64,000 nt of DNA from Lama guanicoe. Its lineage: Eukaryota. The stretch covers positions 16,360,373 to 16,424,372 of the forward strand of contig MU053881.1 of NCBI GenBank assembly GCA_013239625.1, written 5' to 3'. Numbering within the stretch: position 1 is the stretch's first letter; each line of letters begins with the position of its first letter. Positions 1 through 11,517 of the stretch are shown here, in pieces. Both the position numbers and the translations under genes were made by a program. Under the pieces are notes generated by a model. That model made no database searches. It was not told the DNA's origin and saw nothing but the letters and a program-made list of their open reading frames with translations.

Positions 1-289
1 CAGCCCCAAAAACTCCCTTACGCTGTCTCTTTGTTCTCACATCCCTCCCCAGCCCTTGGCAACCACTGCTGCGTTCTCTGTCAAGATAGGTTTTTCTTTT
101 GGATAATGTCACATGGATGGAATCATACGGCATGTGCAGTTCCGAGACAGACTTCTTTCACTCAGAATAACGCCTTTCAGATTCATCCGCATTGTCACGC
201 ATATCAAAAGTGCTCTCCTTTTCGTCGCTGAGCAGGATTCCATTGTACGCAGGTATCAGTCTCTGTCTACTCCGGATATTTGGGTGATG

Positions 290-772
290 GATTAGTGTCC
301 TGGGGCCGCCAAACGGAGTACTACGAACTGGGGGGACGGGGGGGCGGGCTTAGAACAACACAGATTTATTCTGTCAAGTTTCTGGAGGACAGAAGTCCAA
401 AGTTATGGTGTCATCAGGGCCATACTTCCTCCCAAGGCTCTAGGGGAGGCTCCTTCCTTGCCTCTTCCAGCATCTGGTGCTGGTTGTCAGTCTTTGATGG
501 TCCTTGGCTTGTAGGTGCATCGCTGGGGTCTCTGCCTCCGTTGTCACATGACCTTTTCCTCTTTATGTCTGAGTTCAACTTATCCTCTTCCTGTAAGGAC
601 ATCAGTCTTAGTGGATTAGGGCCCAGCCTGGCGGCCTCATCTTACCTTGATGACAACTACAAAGACCCTATCCCCAGATAAGGTCACATTCATAGATACT
701 GAAGGTTAGGGCTTCAACATATCTTTAGGAGGTCAGTGTATCTTTTAGGGGGACATAGTTTACCCCATAATA
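290..772 (-). mobile_element. MLT1-family (MaLR) LTR
   Basis: Typical MLT1 reverse-strand motifs: ggcttagaacaaca..atttattct..gttctggagg..agaagtccaa and aaggtcacattc..ggttagggcttcaacatatcttt. Confidence 0.75.
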
Positions 773-869
773 GGTGAGTCCATGTTCTTTCAATATTTTG
801 TGTGACAGAATAGGAAGTAGACATCGATCCCTCCTACTGAGCATTAAGTTCAATGGTCATCTCTAAAAA

Positions 870-1432
870 AATTTTGGAGTCCAGCTGGCATCTTTTTTCA
901 GGGAACACCATTTTTATTTGAAGCCTCTAACCAGCTATGATTCATATTTAGCTGTTTGGCAGACATTTTCTCCAAAATGAACAAAAGGGAAACAACTGTC
1001 AGTTCTGTTGCCAATGATAAGATTCAAGCTTTCAAGGGAAAAATCAAAACTAGGGGGAAACCGTATCTGTTACAGTGAGCTTGACCACTTTCTGACACTT
1101 TTTAAAGGCTTTTCTGATGAGACAGATGGGTTGCGATATTAACAAGTGTAGCTTTCTGACATTGAATGATGGAATATGACAAGTTCTCCATGACTCAGGG
1201 AACCACTACTTTCCAAATGACCAATGTTACAATCATCATGGGGGGATCCATTCAGAGTGCAAGACAGACTTACAGATCTTTTAAAGTTTTTGGGGGGGAG
1301 GGGTAGGTAATTAGGTTTATTTATCTATTTAAAGGAGGTACTGCACACCTCCCAGTACCCAGCACCTTGTGCATGCTAGGCATGCGCTCTGCCACTGAGC
1401 TCCCCGGTCAAGACAGACCAATAGATTTTAAG
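870..1432. mobile_element. hAT-Charlie DNA transposon remnant interrupted by a SINE
   Basis: Charlie1-like motifs (ttggcagacattttctc, ttgccaatgataa..ttcaagctttcaag, tttccaaatgaccaatg). caagacagac is duplicated either side of the SINE. Confidence 0.6.
1287..1405 (-). mobile_element. tRNA-Ala-derived SINE (camelid vic-1-like)
   Basis: Reverse complement of the agctcagtggcagagcgcatgc..agcatgcacaagg head and the aaataaacctaattacc tail. Confidence 0.8.
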
Positions 1433-1439
1433 TGGGAGC

Positions 1440-1725
1440 TACCAAAAAGATACATTCATGCCCTAACCACAGGAACCTGGGAATGTGACCTCAGTTGGCA
1501 AAAGAGTCTTTGCAGATGTAACTAAATGAAGATCATCCTGGATTACCCAGATGGGCCCTAAATCCAATGACAAGTGTCTGTATGAGAGACAGAAGAGGAA
1601 AAGACATGGACACAGAGGAGAAGGCTACCTGATGATAGAGGCAGGTTTTGGAGTGATGCAGACCCAGCTGAGGAGTGCCTGCAGCCACCGGAAGCTGAAA
1701 GAAGCAAAGAGGGATTTTTCCCCTT
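1440..1725 (+). mobile_element. MLT1-family LTR, 5' part
   Basis: gaatgtgacct..gtctttgcagatgtaa..atcatcctggatta..gggccctaaatccaatgacaagtgtc motifs. Confidence 0.75.
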
Positions 1726-1889
1726 AACGGTGATGGTACATCTGAACGCCTGGGGTTGAGGGAGATTGTGGTGTGTCCTAGGAACCGAATTTGGTTAGGC
1801 TCAATATTATACATAAGATGTAACAGATTTCGATAAAAGCTATAAAAAATAACAAAATGGGCCCATGATCTAGCAAACTTTTTCTATAA

Positions 1890-2280
1890 CGTGTAGTTAA
1901 CTTTTTCTACCCGGTGGGGGTTTCAGTATCTATAATCAAGGCAAAAAACCCCAGAACTGTCCACAACATACCTTACAGGTGGGAAAAGACCTTGATTACT
2001 TTATACTAACTTTGCTCTGAATGTGCTGTGTGGCTCTCGGCAAGACTGTGCCCTCTCTGAGCCCCAGTTTACCCACCCTCTACTGATGATCATACACCCC
2101 AGGCTCAGTATCCTTCTGAAGAAGTTTCCAGAAGCAAAGAAGCTGCTTCCTTGGGAATTCGGCCACATCAAGGACATGGCTCAGAATATTATCTACAGCC
2201 CTTGAGGACGAACTAAACATCCTTGCCTTTGTTTAATGACTCAGTTATTATCATTTTGTCTTGCTGGACTGTTTTCTTTT
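1890..2280 (-). mobile_element. Cetartiodactyl ERV1 LTR fragment (MER41-like), split by an insertion of about 230 nt
   Basis: The flanks tgtagttaac..ggtgggggtttcagtatcta and aaggacatggctcagaatattatctacagcccttgagga are nearly contiguous in the LTR consensus as I recall it. The family name is from memory. Confidence 0.5.
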
Positions 2281-2578
2281 GGAGGTGGGGCCTTTAGGAG
2301 GTGATTAGAGTTAGATTAGACCATGAGAGTAGGGCCCTTATTATGGGATTAATGCCCTTATAAAAAAAAAAAGGAGATGATACCGGATCTCTGCTCTCTG
2401 CCATGGGAAGGTACTTGAGAAGACAGCCATTCCCAAACCAGGAAGAGAGTCCTCACCAGACACTGGATCTGCTAGCAACTTGACCTTGGGCTTCCAAGCC
2501 TCCAGAACTGTGAGAAGTAAACGTTATTTAAGCAGCCCAGTCTGTGGTAATTTGTTTTAGCAGTCTGACCTAAGACAC
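2279..2578 (+). mobile_element. MLT1A-like LTR
   Basis: ggaggtggggcctttaggaggtgattag ... ccagcctccagaactgtgaga-like ... ctaagaca end. Confidence 0.75.
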
Positions 2579-3944
2579 CTAATTGTAGTCTGTTTTTACT
2601 GAGGCAACATGAACACTTGAGGTGCGGTGAGATGCCCGTTGGTGGAATGGCACAGAATTTGATACAACTATCTTGGTTTTATCTAGTTAATTGTCCTCTT
2701 CCTTTCTGCTATTAATTATCAGATTTTTAGAGTTAGAAAGAGTCTTAAAAAATCATCCAGTCCAAGGATTGGCAAACTTTTCCTTCAAAAGGCTAGACAG
2801 TCAATATTTTCAGCTGCACGGGCCAGCCTTTGCTGCAATGATTCCACTCGGCTGTTGTAGCTTGAGAGAGGCCACAACAAAGTGTAAACAAATGAGTATG
2901 GCTCTGTGCCAGTAAAACTTTATTTGCAAACACAGGCAGTGGACTGGATATGGCCCTGGGCTGTAGTTTACCTACCTTTGACCTGGAGGTCATTTAACAT
3001 TTTCATTTAACAAGGAGGGATTCACCCGGGGTCAGGGGGCAAGTGAGAAGCAAAACCAGAGCTCACTCTCAAGCCTGCCAACATCCCGTCTTGTGCCTTC
3101 ACTTTGATCTCTCAGCTGGCTTCTGTGGGCTCAATTAGATGCTCGTATTCTCTGCTAATTAAGCTGGGAGTTTTCCCAGATGCCTCCAGGCAGGTACCAA
3201 TCAGAAAGTGCAAAGTAAGCACAGGTACAACCACCCACATCTGTGGTAACTCTTGGATGATGGCATTACCTTTGCTAAGCACCTGCTCAGCGTCAGAGAC
3301 TCTGCCAAACTCTTCCCATGTGTGTATCTTATGCTTCCCTAGAGGGACTCAGAGAAGTGAATATAAAGGAAGAAGACTCTCTCTTGCAATGAGGGTATGG
3401 GTTTCAATTCTGCCCCACTGTTAGCTGTGGGACTGATGTCACTTCGCCACTGAATCTAATTTTTTTTCCTTAAAGTGAGTGTGACAACCCACTTCAAAGA
3501 CATACTTTTTATAAAACACCTGCTTGTGTGTTTAGCATGTTTCAAGTGCTTGATAGAAATTTCTAGGTGCAGCGGAGGTCTGGATTTGCTTACCAGACAT
3601 AGTGGGCAGCTTCTAAGGTGGTCCCTGTGGATCCCTTCCCTTGACCATAAGGGATTTTGGATTTGCTTTTAATGAGCATAATACAACAAAGGTGGTGGGA
3701 TGTGGTTCCTCAAAAAATTAAATATAGAATTACCATATGATGCCTAAATTGCACTTCTTGGAATATATCCAAAAGAATACAGGAGAAAACTTTGTAGGTG
3801 ATGAAAATATTCCATATCTTAATTATGGTGGTGACTACGTGGGCATATACATTTTTCAAAACTGATTAAATGGTACACTTAAAATGGGGACAGGAAGTAA
3901 TGAAATGTCATTTCCAAGATAAGGTTGTAAAAAATCTATGACCC

Positions 3945-4296
3945 AGGAATTCCACTCCAAAGTATACAATCCAAAGAATTGAAAACAGGTATTCAAACAA
4001 ATGTTTATAGCAGCACTATCTACAGTAGCCAAAAGATGGAAACCACTCAAATGTCCATCCATGGATGGATGGATAAACAACATGTGGTATACAGATACTA
4101 TGGAATATTATTCACCCACAAAAAGAAATAAAGTTCCAATATATGTTACAACATGGATGAAGCTCAAAAACATTATGCTAAGTGAAAGAAGCCAGATGCG
4201 AAAGGTCACATCTTGTAAGATTCCATTCACGTGAAATGTCCAGAACAGCCAAGTCCATAGAGACAGAGCAGATTGGTGGTTGCCAGGGGCTGGGGG
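3945..4296 (+). mobile_element. Old L1 (L1M) 3' fragment
   Basis: ORF 4001..4234 resembles the L1 ORF2 C-terminus (MFIAAL..AKRWK..KCPS..WINNMWY..MEYYS). Confidence 0.8.
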
Positions 4297-4747
4297 CAAT
4301 TCTGAAAGAAGTTCTGTGGGTAAAATGCCATCAAACAGTGTTACAAGCTACAGAGAAATTATGCATGAAAGGAAGAGTCAATGGATACAGCAAACTTCAT
4401 TGTTGTCTTAAGAAATGGTCATACCACCCCAGCCTTCAGCAACCATCAACCTCTTCAATCAGCAGCCATCAACACTGATCCAAGACCCTCCACCAGCAAA
4501 AGAATCATGGCTCAGTGAAGCCTTAGATGATGGTTAGCTTTTTTGGCAAAAAGGTATTGTTAAATTAAGGTATGTACATTTTTTAGACATAATGCTATTG
4601 CATACTTAATAGACTACAATATAGTTTAAACATAACTTTTATATACACTAGGAAATCAAAAATCTCATGTGACTCACTTTATTGTGATAATCAATTTATC
4701 GTGGTAGTCTGGAACTGAACCTGCAATATCCCTGAGGTATGTCCCTA
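4297..4747 (+). mobile_element. Tigger1 DNA transposon 3' end
   Basis: gaaagaagttct..gtgggtaaaatg..tcaaacag, caagaccctccaccagcaaaaga, and terminal gcaatatc..gaggtatg motifs of Tigger1. Confidence 0.8.
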
Positions 4748-4975
4748 TGAATGTGTGTGTGTCAATATTTAGACACATATTTCAAAGCTCTGACCTCTGG
4801 GTATGGTAGCTAAATTGGGAATTTGATGAAAATGTTAACTATCTTGATTGTGGTAGTGGTTTCATTGGTGCATACATCTATCAAAATTCATCAAATTGTA
4901 CATTTGAAATATGTATAGTTTACTGTACAGGAACTATACCACAATGAAAAAGTTTTTAAAAGTCTGAAAATAATA

Positions 4976-5124
4976 GGGGAGGGTATAGCTCGGTGGTAGA
5001 GTGCTTGCTTAGCATGCACAAGGTCCTGGGTTCATTCCCCAGTACTTCCATTAAAAAAAAATAGCAATTTAAAGATAAATAATAGATAAACCTAATTACC
5101 CCCCCAAAACAAAACAAAACAAAA
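4976..5124 (+). mobile_element. vic-1-like SINE
   Basis: ggggagggtatagctc..gtggtagag..cttagcatgcac..ggttc..cccagtac head and A-rich tail. Imperfect TSD aaaagtct..aaataata. Confidence 0.85.
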
Positions 5125-5139
5125 AGTCTACAAATAATA

Positions 5140-5875
5140 AATACTGGAAAGAAGGGAACCCTCTTATATTGTTGGTGGGAATGCAAATTGGTGAAGCCAC
5201 TATGGAGAACAGTATGGAGGTTCCTTAAAAAACTAAAAATAGAGTTACCATATGATCCTGGGCATATATCCAGAGGAAACTCTAATTCAAAAAGATATGT
5301 GCACCCCAATGTTTATGACAGTACTCTTTATGATAGCCAAGACATGGAAGCAATCTAAATGTACATTGACAGATGACAGGATAAAGAAGTCTTGGTATAT
5401 GGATATAATGGAATACTACTCAGCCATGAAAAGGGATGAAATAATTTGCAGCAACAAGGATGGACCTGGAGATTATCATACTAAGTGAAGTAAGTCATAC
5501 AGAGAAGACAAATATCAGGACATCACTTCTATGTGGAATCTTAAAAAATGATACAAAATGATACAAAAATTTTAAAATCTTGTTTACAAAGCAGATATAG
5601 ATTCACAGACACAGAAAACAAACTTGTGGTTACCAAAGGGGAAAGGAGTGGGGGAGAGATAGATTAGGAGTTTGGGATTAACAGATACACACTACTATAT
5701 ATAAAATAGGTAAATAACAAGGCCCTACCAAATAGCACAGGGAACTATATTCAATATCTTGTAATAACCTATAATGGAAAAGAATCTGAAAAAGGGTATT
5801 TAAAACTGAATCACTTTACTGTACACCAGAAACTAACACAACATTGTAAATCAACTCTGTTTCAATTTTTTAAAA
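5140..5875 (+). mobile_element. Younger lineage L1 3' end (ORF2 C-terminus and 3' UTR)
   Basis: ORF 5252..5488 reads like L1 ORF2 ([31 protein letters not shown]). The 3' UTR (aatagcacagggaactatattcaatatcttgtaataacctataatggaaaagaatctg) is typical of cetartiodactyl L1. Confidence 0.85.
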
Positions 5876-6225
5876 AGGAAGGAAATTCTGACACCTGCTA
5901 CAACATAGATGAACCTTGAGGGCATGATTCTGAGTAAAATAAGCCAATCACAAAAGGACAGAAAGTGTATGATCCTACTTACGTGAAGTCCGTCAAACAG
6001 TCAAATTCTTAGAGACAGAAAGTAGAAGGGTGGGTGCCCAGGGCTAGGGGAGGGGAAATGGGAAGTTAGTGTTTAATGAGGATAGTTTCAGTTTGAGAAG
6101 ATGAACAAGTTCCGGAGATGGATGGTTGTGATGGTTGCACAACAGTGTGAATGTACGTAACTCCACTGAACTGTGCACTTAAAAATGGTTAAGGTGGCAA
6201 ATTTTTCATTGTGTATTTTACCATA
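5876..6225 (+). mobile_element. L1MB-like 3' UTR fragment
   Basis: ggaaattctgacac..gctacaacat..atgaaccttgag ... actgaactgt..acttaaaaatggttaa. Confidence 0.75.
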
Positions 6226-6739
6226 CCACTACTACTACTAGAACCATGTTGTGTATTTTACAATAAGAAGAAGAAGAAACTTTCTCTCAACTCAAGTCCA
6301 AAGAAGCTACTGAGCAGGACTCCTGCAGCTAAAATTAGGCTGGACTTGACAGCTGGCCTTCAGCGTGCTCACACCTACACGGGAGGGCAAGGTCAGCCTG
6401 CCCCGTCAATCATGCCCCAGCCAGCCAATGGCTTGCCCACCCCGTTCCCAGAATAGGCTGGGAGGCTATTTTGGTACAATCTGTTCTCTCATAAAATGAG
6501 ATCCCAGAACATTCGTGCTGGAAGGCTGGGAGCTGGCTTATTGACAACACCCACGAGGGGCTAGTTGAGCCCAAGCAGAAGTGCTCCAGGCACTTACTGA
6601 GCTGGCTTTGTAATACGACTCCAGACGCTCCCGCTGGTCTGGTCCTCCTAGGAGGAAGGGGCGTTACCCAACACCAGGCATCTTTCAGGTGAAAAAGCCA
6701 GCGTATGAGAAGCTTCAGAGCCTATTCTGGCTTCTCTTT

Positions 6740-6891
6740 TTTGTTCGGTTGGTTGGTTGGTTTGGGGTTTTTGGGGGGGGGGCGGGTGATTAGGTTTATT
6801 TGTTTATTTAATGGAAGTACTGGGGATTGAACCCAGGATCTCAAGTGTGTTAAGCATGCACTCTACCACTGAGCTATACCCGCCCCCTCCC
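6740..6891 (-). mobile_element. vic-1-like SINE
   Basis: gtactggggattgaacccagg..aagcatgcactctaccactgagctataccc, the reverse complement of the head. Confidence 0.85.
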
Positions 6892-6899
6892 TTTTCTTT

Positions 6900-9135
6900 T
6901 TGATTAAGGTAGAATTCTCAGCATATGGGTCTGTGAGTTTTGACCACAATCAAGATTTAGAACAGTTCTTTCACCCACCGGCCCCAAATTCTCTTGGCCC
7001 CATTGAAGACCATCTCTTCTCCCACTACCAGCCCCTGGCACTCACTGATCTGTTTTATGTCTCTATCATTTTGCCTTTCTTAAAACATCCTATAAAGAGA
7101 GCACATGGGATGTAGCCTGAGTCTGGCTTCTTTCAGTTTGCAAATGCATTTGGGATTCATCCGCATTGCCGTGTGTGTCAATAATTTGTTCTTTGTGGGA
7201 GGTGAGTATAGCTCAGGGGTAGAGTGCATGCTTAGCATGCACTAGGGCCTGGGTTCAATCCTTAGTACCTCCATTAAAAACAAACAAACAAACCTAATTG
7301 CCTCCCTCTCAAAAATTTTTAAAATAAAAATCCATCCCTTTTCTCCACTGAGTAGTATTCCGTTGTAATATGGGGTTACTATATGATGTCCATTCATTCA
7401 CCAGCTGATGGACATTTGGGACGTTTCCAGGTTTCGGTGATTACCCAAAACAGCTGCTATAACGATTTCTTGTATAAACATGAGTTTGTGTTTCACTTAA
7501 GAATGGGATTGCTGCATTATATGGTCAGTGATGTTTAATTTTATATGAAACTACCCAGCTCTTTTCCACTAGCAGTGTGTGAGTATTCCAGTTCCTCCAA
7601 ATCCCTACCAACACCTGGCATTGTTAGTTATTTGTATTTTATCCATTCTAAACAGTATTGTGTTCGTTTGCTAGGGCTGCCGTAACAACACACTGCAGAC
7701 TGGGTGGATTAAACAACAGAAATTTATTTTATTACAGTTCTGGTGGCTAGAAGTCTGAGATCAAGGTGTCGACAGCACATTTGGTTTCTTTTGAGGTCTC
7801 TCCGTTGTTTGTAGGTGGCCATCTTCTCCCTGTGTCCTCACATAGACTTTTCTCTCTGCATGTCTGCATCCTAACCTTCTCTTCTTGTAAGAACACTAAT
7901 CATATTGGATTAGAGTCCACCCCAAAGTGTTCACTTGGCTTAATCTCTTCTTTAAAGATCCTAGCTCCAAATGTCGTTACATTCTGAGGGATTAGGACTG
8001 CAACATATAAATTTGAGGGAATCGTAGTTCAGCCCATAACAGACAGGCAGTGGCATTGTCTTGTGGTTTTAATGTGTATTTCATGTTAATTATTCATCAT
8101 CCATATATTCTCTTTGGTGAACCGTCTCTTCAAATCTTTTCCCCAATTTTTACGGGGTTTGTTCTTATTTAAAGTTTTTTAACAGCTTTATTGAACTACA
8201 GTTGACATACACTAAACTGCACGTATTTAAAGTATACAACTTGACAAGTTGTGACATGTATATAGACCCCTGAGACCATCAGCACAATCAGGAGGGTGAA
8301 GAAAATCATCTATCACTCAAAACTTTCTTCTACTCCTTTGCCATCCCTCCCACCCGCCCCTCATCTCTCCCTCCCCAAGCACCCAGTGATCAGCTGTTGC
8401 TATAGATGGATTTGCCTTTTCTAGAATTTTATATGAATGAAATTATCCCATATGCATTCTTTTTTATATGTCTTTTTTTCACCCATCACAATAGCATTTG
8501 AGGCTCATTTATTCATGTGTTTGTTCCTTTTTATTGCTGAGCACTATTCATTCACCTTATGATGGACATTTTTTTTGTTGTTTCCAGGTTGGGATTACAA
8601 ACAAAGCTGCTATAAACATTCACATACCTGTTTTTGTGTGGACACATATTTTCAACTTTCTTGGGCAAATACCTGAGTGGAATGTCTGGGTCACATGGTA
8701 AGTGCACTGTTTAACTTTTAAAGAAACTACCAAACTGTCTTCTGAAGTGGCTGCACTATTTTACATTCCTGCCCACAATGTAGGAGAGTTCCAGTTGCTC
8801 CACATCCTTGTCCGCACTTAGTATGGTCAGTCTCTTTAATCTTAGCCCTCCTAGTGGGTGTAAAGAGGTATCTTCCCACCCATTTCCCTGATGGCCAAGG
8901 ATGTTGAGTATCTTTCATGTGCTCATTTCTATACCATCTGTATATTTTCCATAGCGAAGTGTTCATTCAAATCCTTTGCTCATTTTTATATTGGGCTGTT
9001 TGTTTCCTTATTATTGAGTTTTGAGAACTCTTTGTATATGCAGGGTACAATCCTTTTATCAGAGGTGTAATTTTTCAAAGGTTTTTTTCCCCTAGTCTGT
9101 GGTTTGACTTTCACTCTCTTAACAGGGTTTTTCAC
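6900..9135 (-). mobile_element. Degraded L1M fragments with a nested SINE (7197-7330) and MLT1 LTR (about 7655-8045)
   Basis: Antisense L1 3' UTR and ORF2 motifs (gatggacatttggg, aaactaccaaactgt..gtggctgcactattttacattcc). The ORFs at 8727..9168 read like L1 ORF2. Confidence 0.75.
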
Positions 9136-9480
9136 AGACTCTTGGCTGCAAATCCCAACCACCCCCATTCATCCACCCCCCTATCTTTGAAGAGTAGTGA
9201 TAATCATCATCCTTTTTTTCCCAAGAAGCAAACGAGGCTTAGAGAAGGGAAGGACCCAATATCTGTCAGTGGCGGAATGAGACTTGAACCCAGGTCTGCT
9301 TTACCCAAGCCCCACAGACCTCGCCCAATACCTTCATCTCCCGCTGGTAATCAAGGGCTGTGGTGAGCATCTTTCTTCTGGAAGCTCCATGTATCTCTAA
9401 GGACACAGACTCCTGCTAAGTCCCAAGGCCAAAAGAGCAAGAATGAACCAGTCAAGCCATCAGGGTTCCTTCACAAAGAA

Positions 9481-9486
9481 TTTATT
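9481..9486 (-). terminator. TMEM38A: Probable TMEM38A polyadenylation signal (AATAAA), giving a 3' UTR of about 1.35 kb
   Basis: tttatt on the plus strand, at the edge of the unique sequence before the L1-rich block. T/GT-rich sequence follows on the minus strand. Confidence 0.7.
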
Positions 9487-10828
9487 TGCTGACTCTTCGC
9501 ACTGAGCCTTGACGGACATGCAAGATGAGGAATTTGGGGGCCCTATAACCTCAGGATCCACCCAGTTCCCGGGCATCACCAGATCAAGGCACTTCCCACT
9601 AGCTGGGCAACCCCTGGGACCCTGCCAACCCCACGCCGATCTCGACCCATATGCAGGCTGATGCCCTGAGCGTGTCCTGAGCACCCATATGCAGAGAGCA
9701 ACCCCAAGCAGGCCCTGTCTGGGCCCAAACCCCACCTGAAACTGGGCCGTGCCCAACTTACCCACCCACCCCTCTCAGATGTCTTGGTGACATAGGCTGA
9801 GATGAAGGTGGCCAGGAGGGGCTCTCAGCTCTCATTCCCCCTTGCTCTCCCTGAATCAAGTTCCCAGCCCACCCAACAGCAGAGGGTTTGGCACAGAGTA
9901 GGCATGTTTGTTGAATGACTGAGTGAGCAGCGATGAAGGATGCCAGCATGAAGGAGGTCTGGCGCTTCCAGGGTCCAGCAGTGAGTGCTCAGAGCCACTA
10001 GACAGAGCCAGATCTAAGAACCCCTGTCCAGCCCACTGCATTTCTTTGGTTTAGGGGCAACCTGAAGACAAGGATCAGAATAAGCCTTTCCCACCCTCCA
10101 CGCTTTCAAGTCTGGCCTAGACATGTCTACTGAAGGCCTCCTTTGTGCCAGGGTAACTTTTGGGATTCTCCGATCCACAAATACAGAAGATCTAAAATGC
10201 AAAGCCATTTTTAAGCATGATGAACATGCATCAAGTCCTCCCCTCCTGACTGCTCTGTGCTTCTGAGCTTATAAAGCTGGTTCACATCCAGCCTCACATC
10301 AGCCCTTGCATACAGAGGGGGGAGGGGGCCGCTCTACAGATGGGGAACACAAGGCTCAGAGCAGGAGGCAACTTGCCCAGGGATGCCCAGGAGAAGTTGG
10401 CAAGAATAGACGTGAAAATCACAGCAGTTACCTCGCAGCAGATTCTTAGTAAATGTCCATCAAATGAATGAGCCCCAACATGGCTTAAAATTCTTTTGGA
10501 GTCAAGGTGTAATTTTAGAGAGGAAATAATAGAACCAAGAATGTAACTGCCAGGGTTTCTGGATGGAGCTGCTGCTGGGATTCGGTGGACTCCCCCCCAA
10601 AAGCTGTAACGCTATGGGTACCTGGAAAAAAGGGAGAGGGACCCTGAATTCCTACAAATGCCCTTCACCCCCAAATCTCACTTAACCCCCTCACATCAGC
10701 CCTGGAGGGTGGACTGATGGCCCCACTTTGTAGACGGGGAAAGTTGAGGCCTGGAGAGGGGAGAGCTGAGCCCAGGTCCTGGGTCCAGGTCCTCTCCTTG
10801 GTGCCCTGAAAGCCCCCTGGGCTGCCCC

Positions 10829-11053
10829 CTAATCTGCCTTCTTGGTCTTCTTCTTCCTGGAGCCCTCACTCAGCTCCTCCTTGGACTTGGTGGGTAGGGA
10901 GTGCGGAGAGCCAGGCCCGCTGCCGCCCTGGGATCCACCATGGTTGTCAAGGTGATGGTTGCCACCCCAGTCCGACCCAAACAGCACAGGGCAGATGTAG
11001 CTTTCCAGAACATCAAAAGGGGAGCTGTGGGAGTGAGTGGCCGTCAGGAACAC
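10829..11053 (-). CDS. TMEM38A: TMEM38A coding exon 6 (last)
   Basis: ctcag| acceptor. Encodes [26 protein letters not shown]...[18 protein letters not shown] then TAG. Total CDS 897 nt = 298 aa plus stop. Confidence 0.97.
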   Translation of the reverse strand: MFLTATHSHSSPFDVLESYICPVLFGSDWGGNHHLDNHGGSQGGSGPGSPHSLPTKSKEELSEGSRKKKTKKAD

Positions 11054-11199
11054 CTGAGTTGGGGTGACAGACAGGGAGACAGTGAGAGAGCCAGAGGGAG
11101 ACAGAGGCAGAGGGAAAGCGGGGAGAAGTAGAGAGAAGGGTGGTCAGGTCAAGGGCAGAGTAGCCCTGACCCAGCCTTCTGGCTACCTGCACCCCTAGG

Positions 11200-11517
11200 A
11201 AGGTGACCAACTATTCTGGGTTTTCCAGGATGCAAGACTTTTGGTGCTAATGGAGGGGGAAGGGTATAGCTCAGTGGTAGAGTGTGTGCTCAGCGTGGAC
11301 AAGATCCTGGGTTCAACCCCAGTACCTCCATTAAAAAAAAATAATAAATTTGGGGGGATGGGTATAGCTCAGTGGTAGAACGTATACTTAGCATGCAGGA
11401 GGTCCTAGGCTCAATCTCCACTACCCTTATTAAAACTTAAAAAATAATAATAAATAAATAAACATAATCCTCCCCCCAAAAAAGCCCCAGACAGCTCCAG
11501 GCAAGTTGGTCACCTTG
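11200..11517. mobile_element. MER94-like hAT MITE containing two tandem vic-1-like SINEs (11255-11348, 11352-11483)
   Basis: Perfect 13-bp inverted termini aaggtgaccaact (11200-11212) and agttggtcacctt (11504-11516). 8-bp TSD cccctagg at 11192-11199 and 11518-11525. Confidence 0.8.

Noticed and set aside
2023..2205. Similar peptides from ORFs 2023..2205 and 13234..13431 suggesting a small gene family
   Set aside because: The similarity comes from a non-coding DNA duplication. Both ORFs open on GTG, I saw no sign of codon-position bias in the mismatches, and there is no exon structure.
4976..5055. tRNA-Ala(AGC)-like sequences here and at about 14 other sites
   Set aside because: They have mutated stems, a shared non-tRNA tail (aaacctaattacc), A-rich ends and TSDs, so they are SINEs rather than tRNA genes.
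6611..6621. taatacgactc, matching the start of the T7 promoter
   Set aside because: Only 11 nt match, the ACTATAG part is absent and there is no vector context. Chance match.
1..9400. Coding exons of the next syntenic gene (NWD1 in human)
   Set aside because: No recognisable coding exon; the region is almost entirely repeats.
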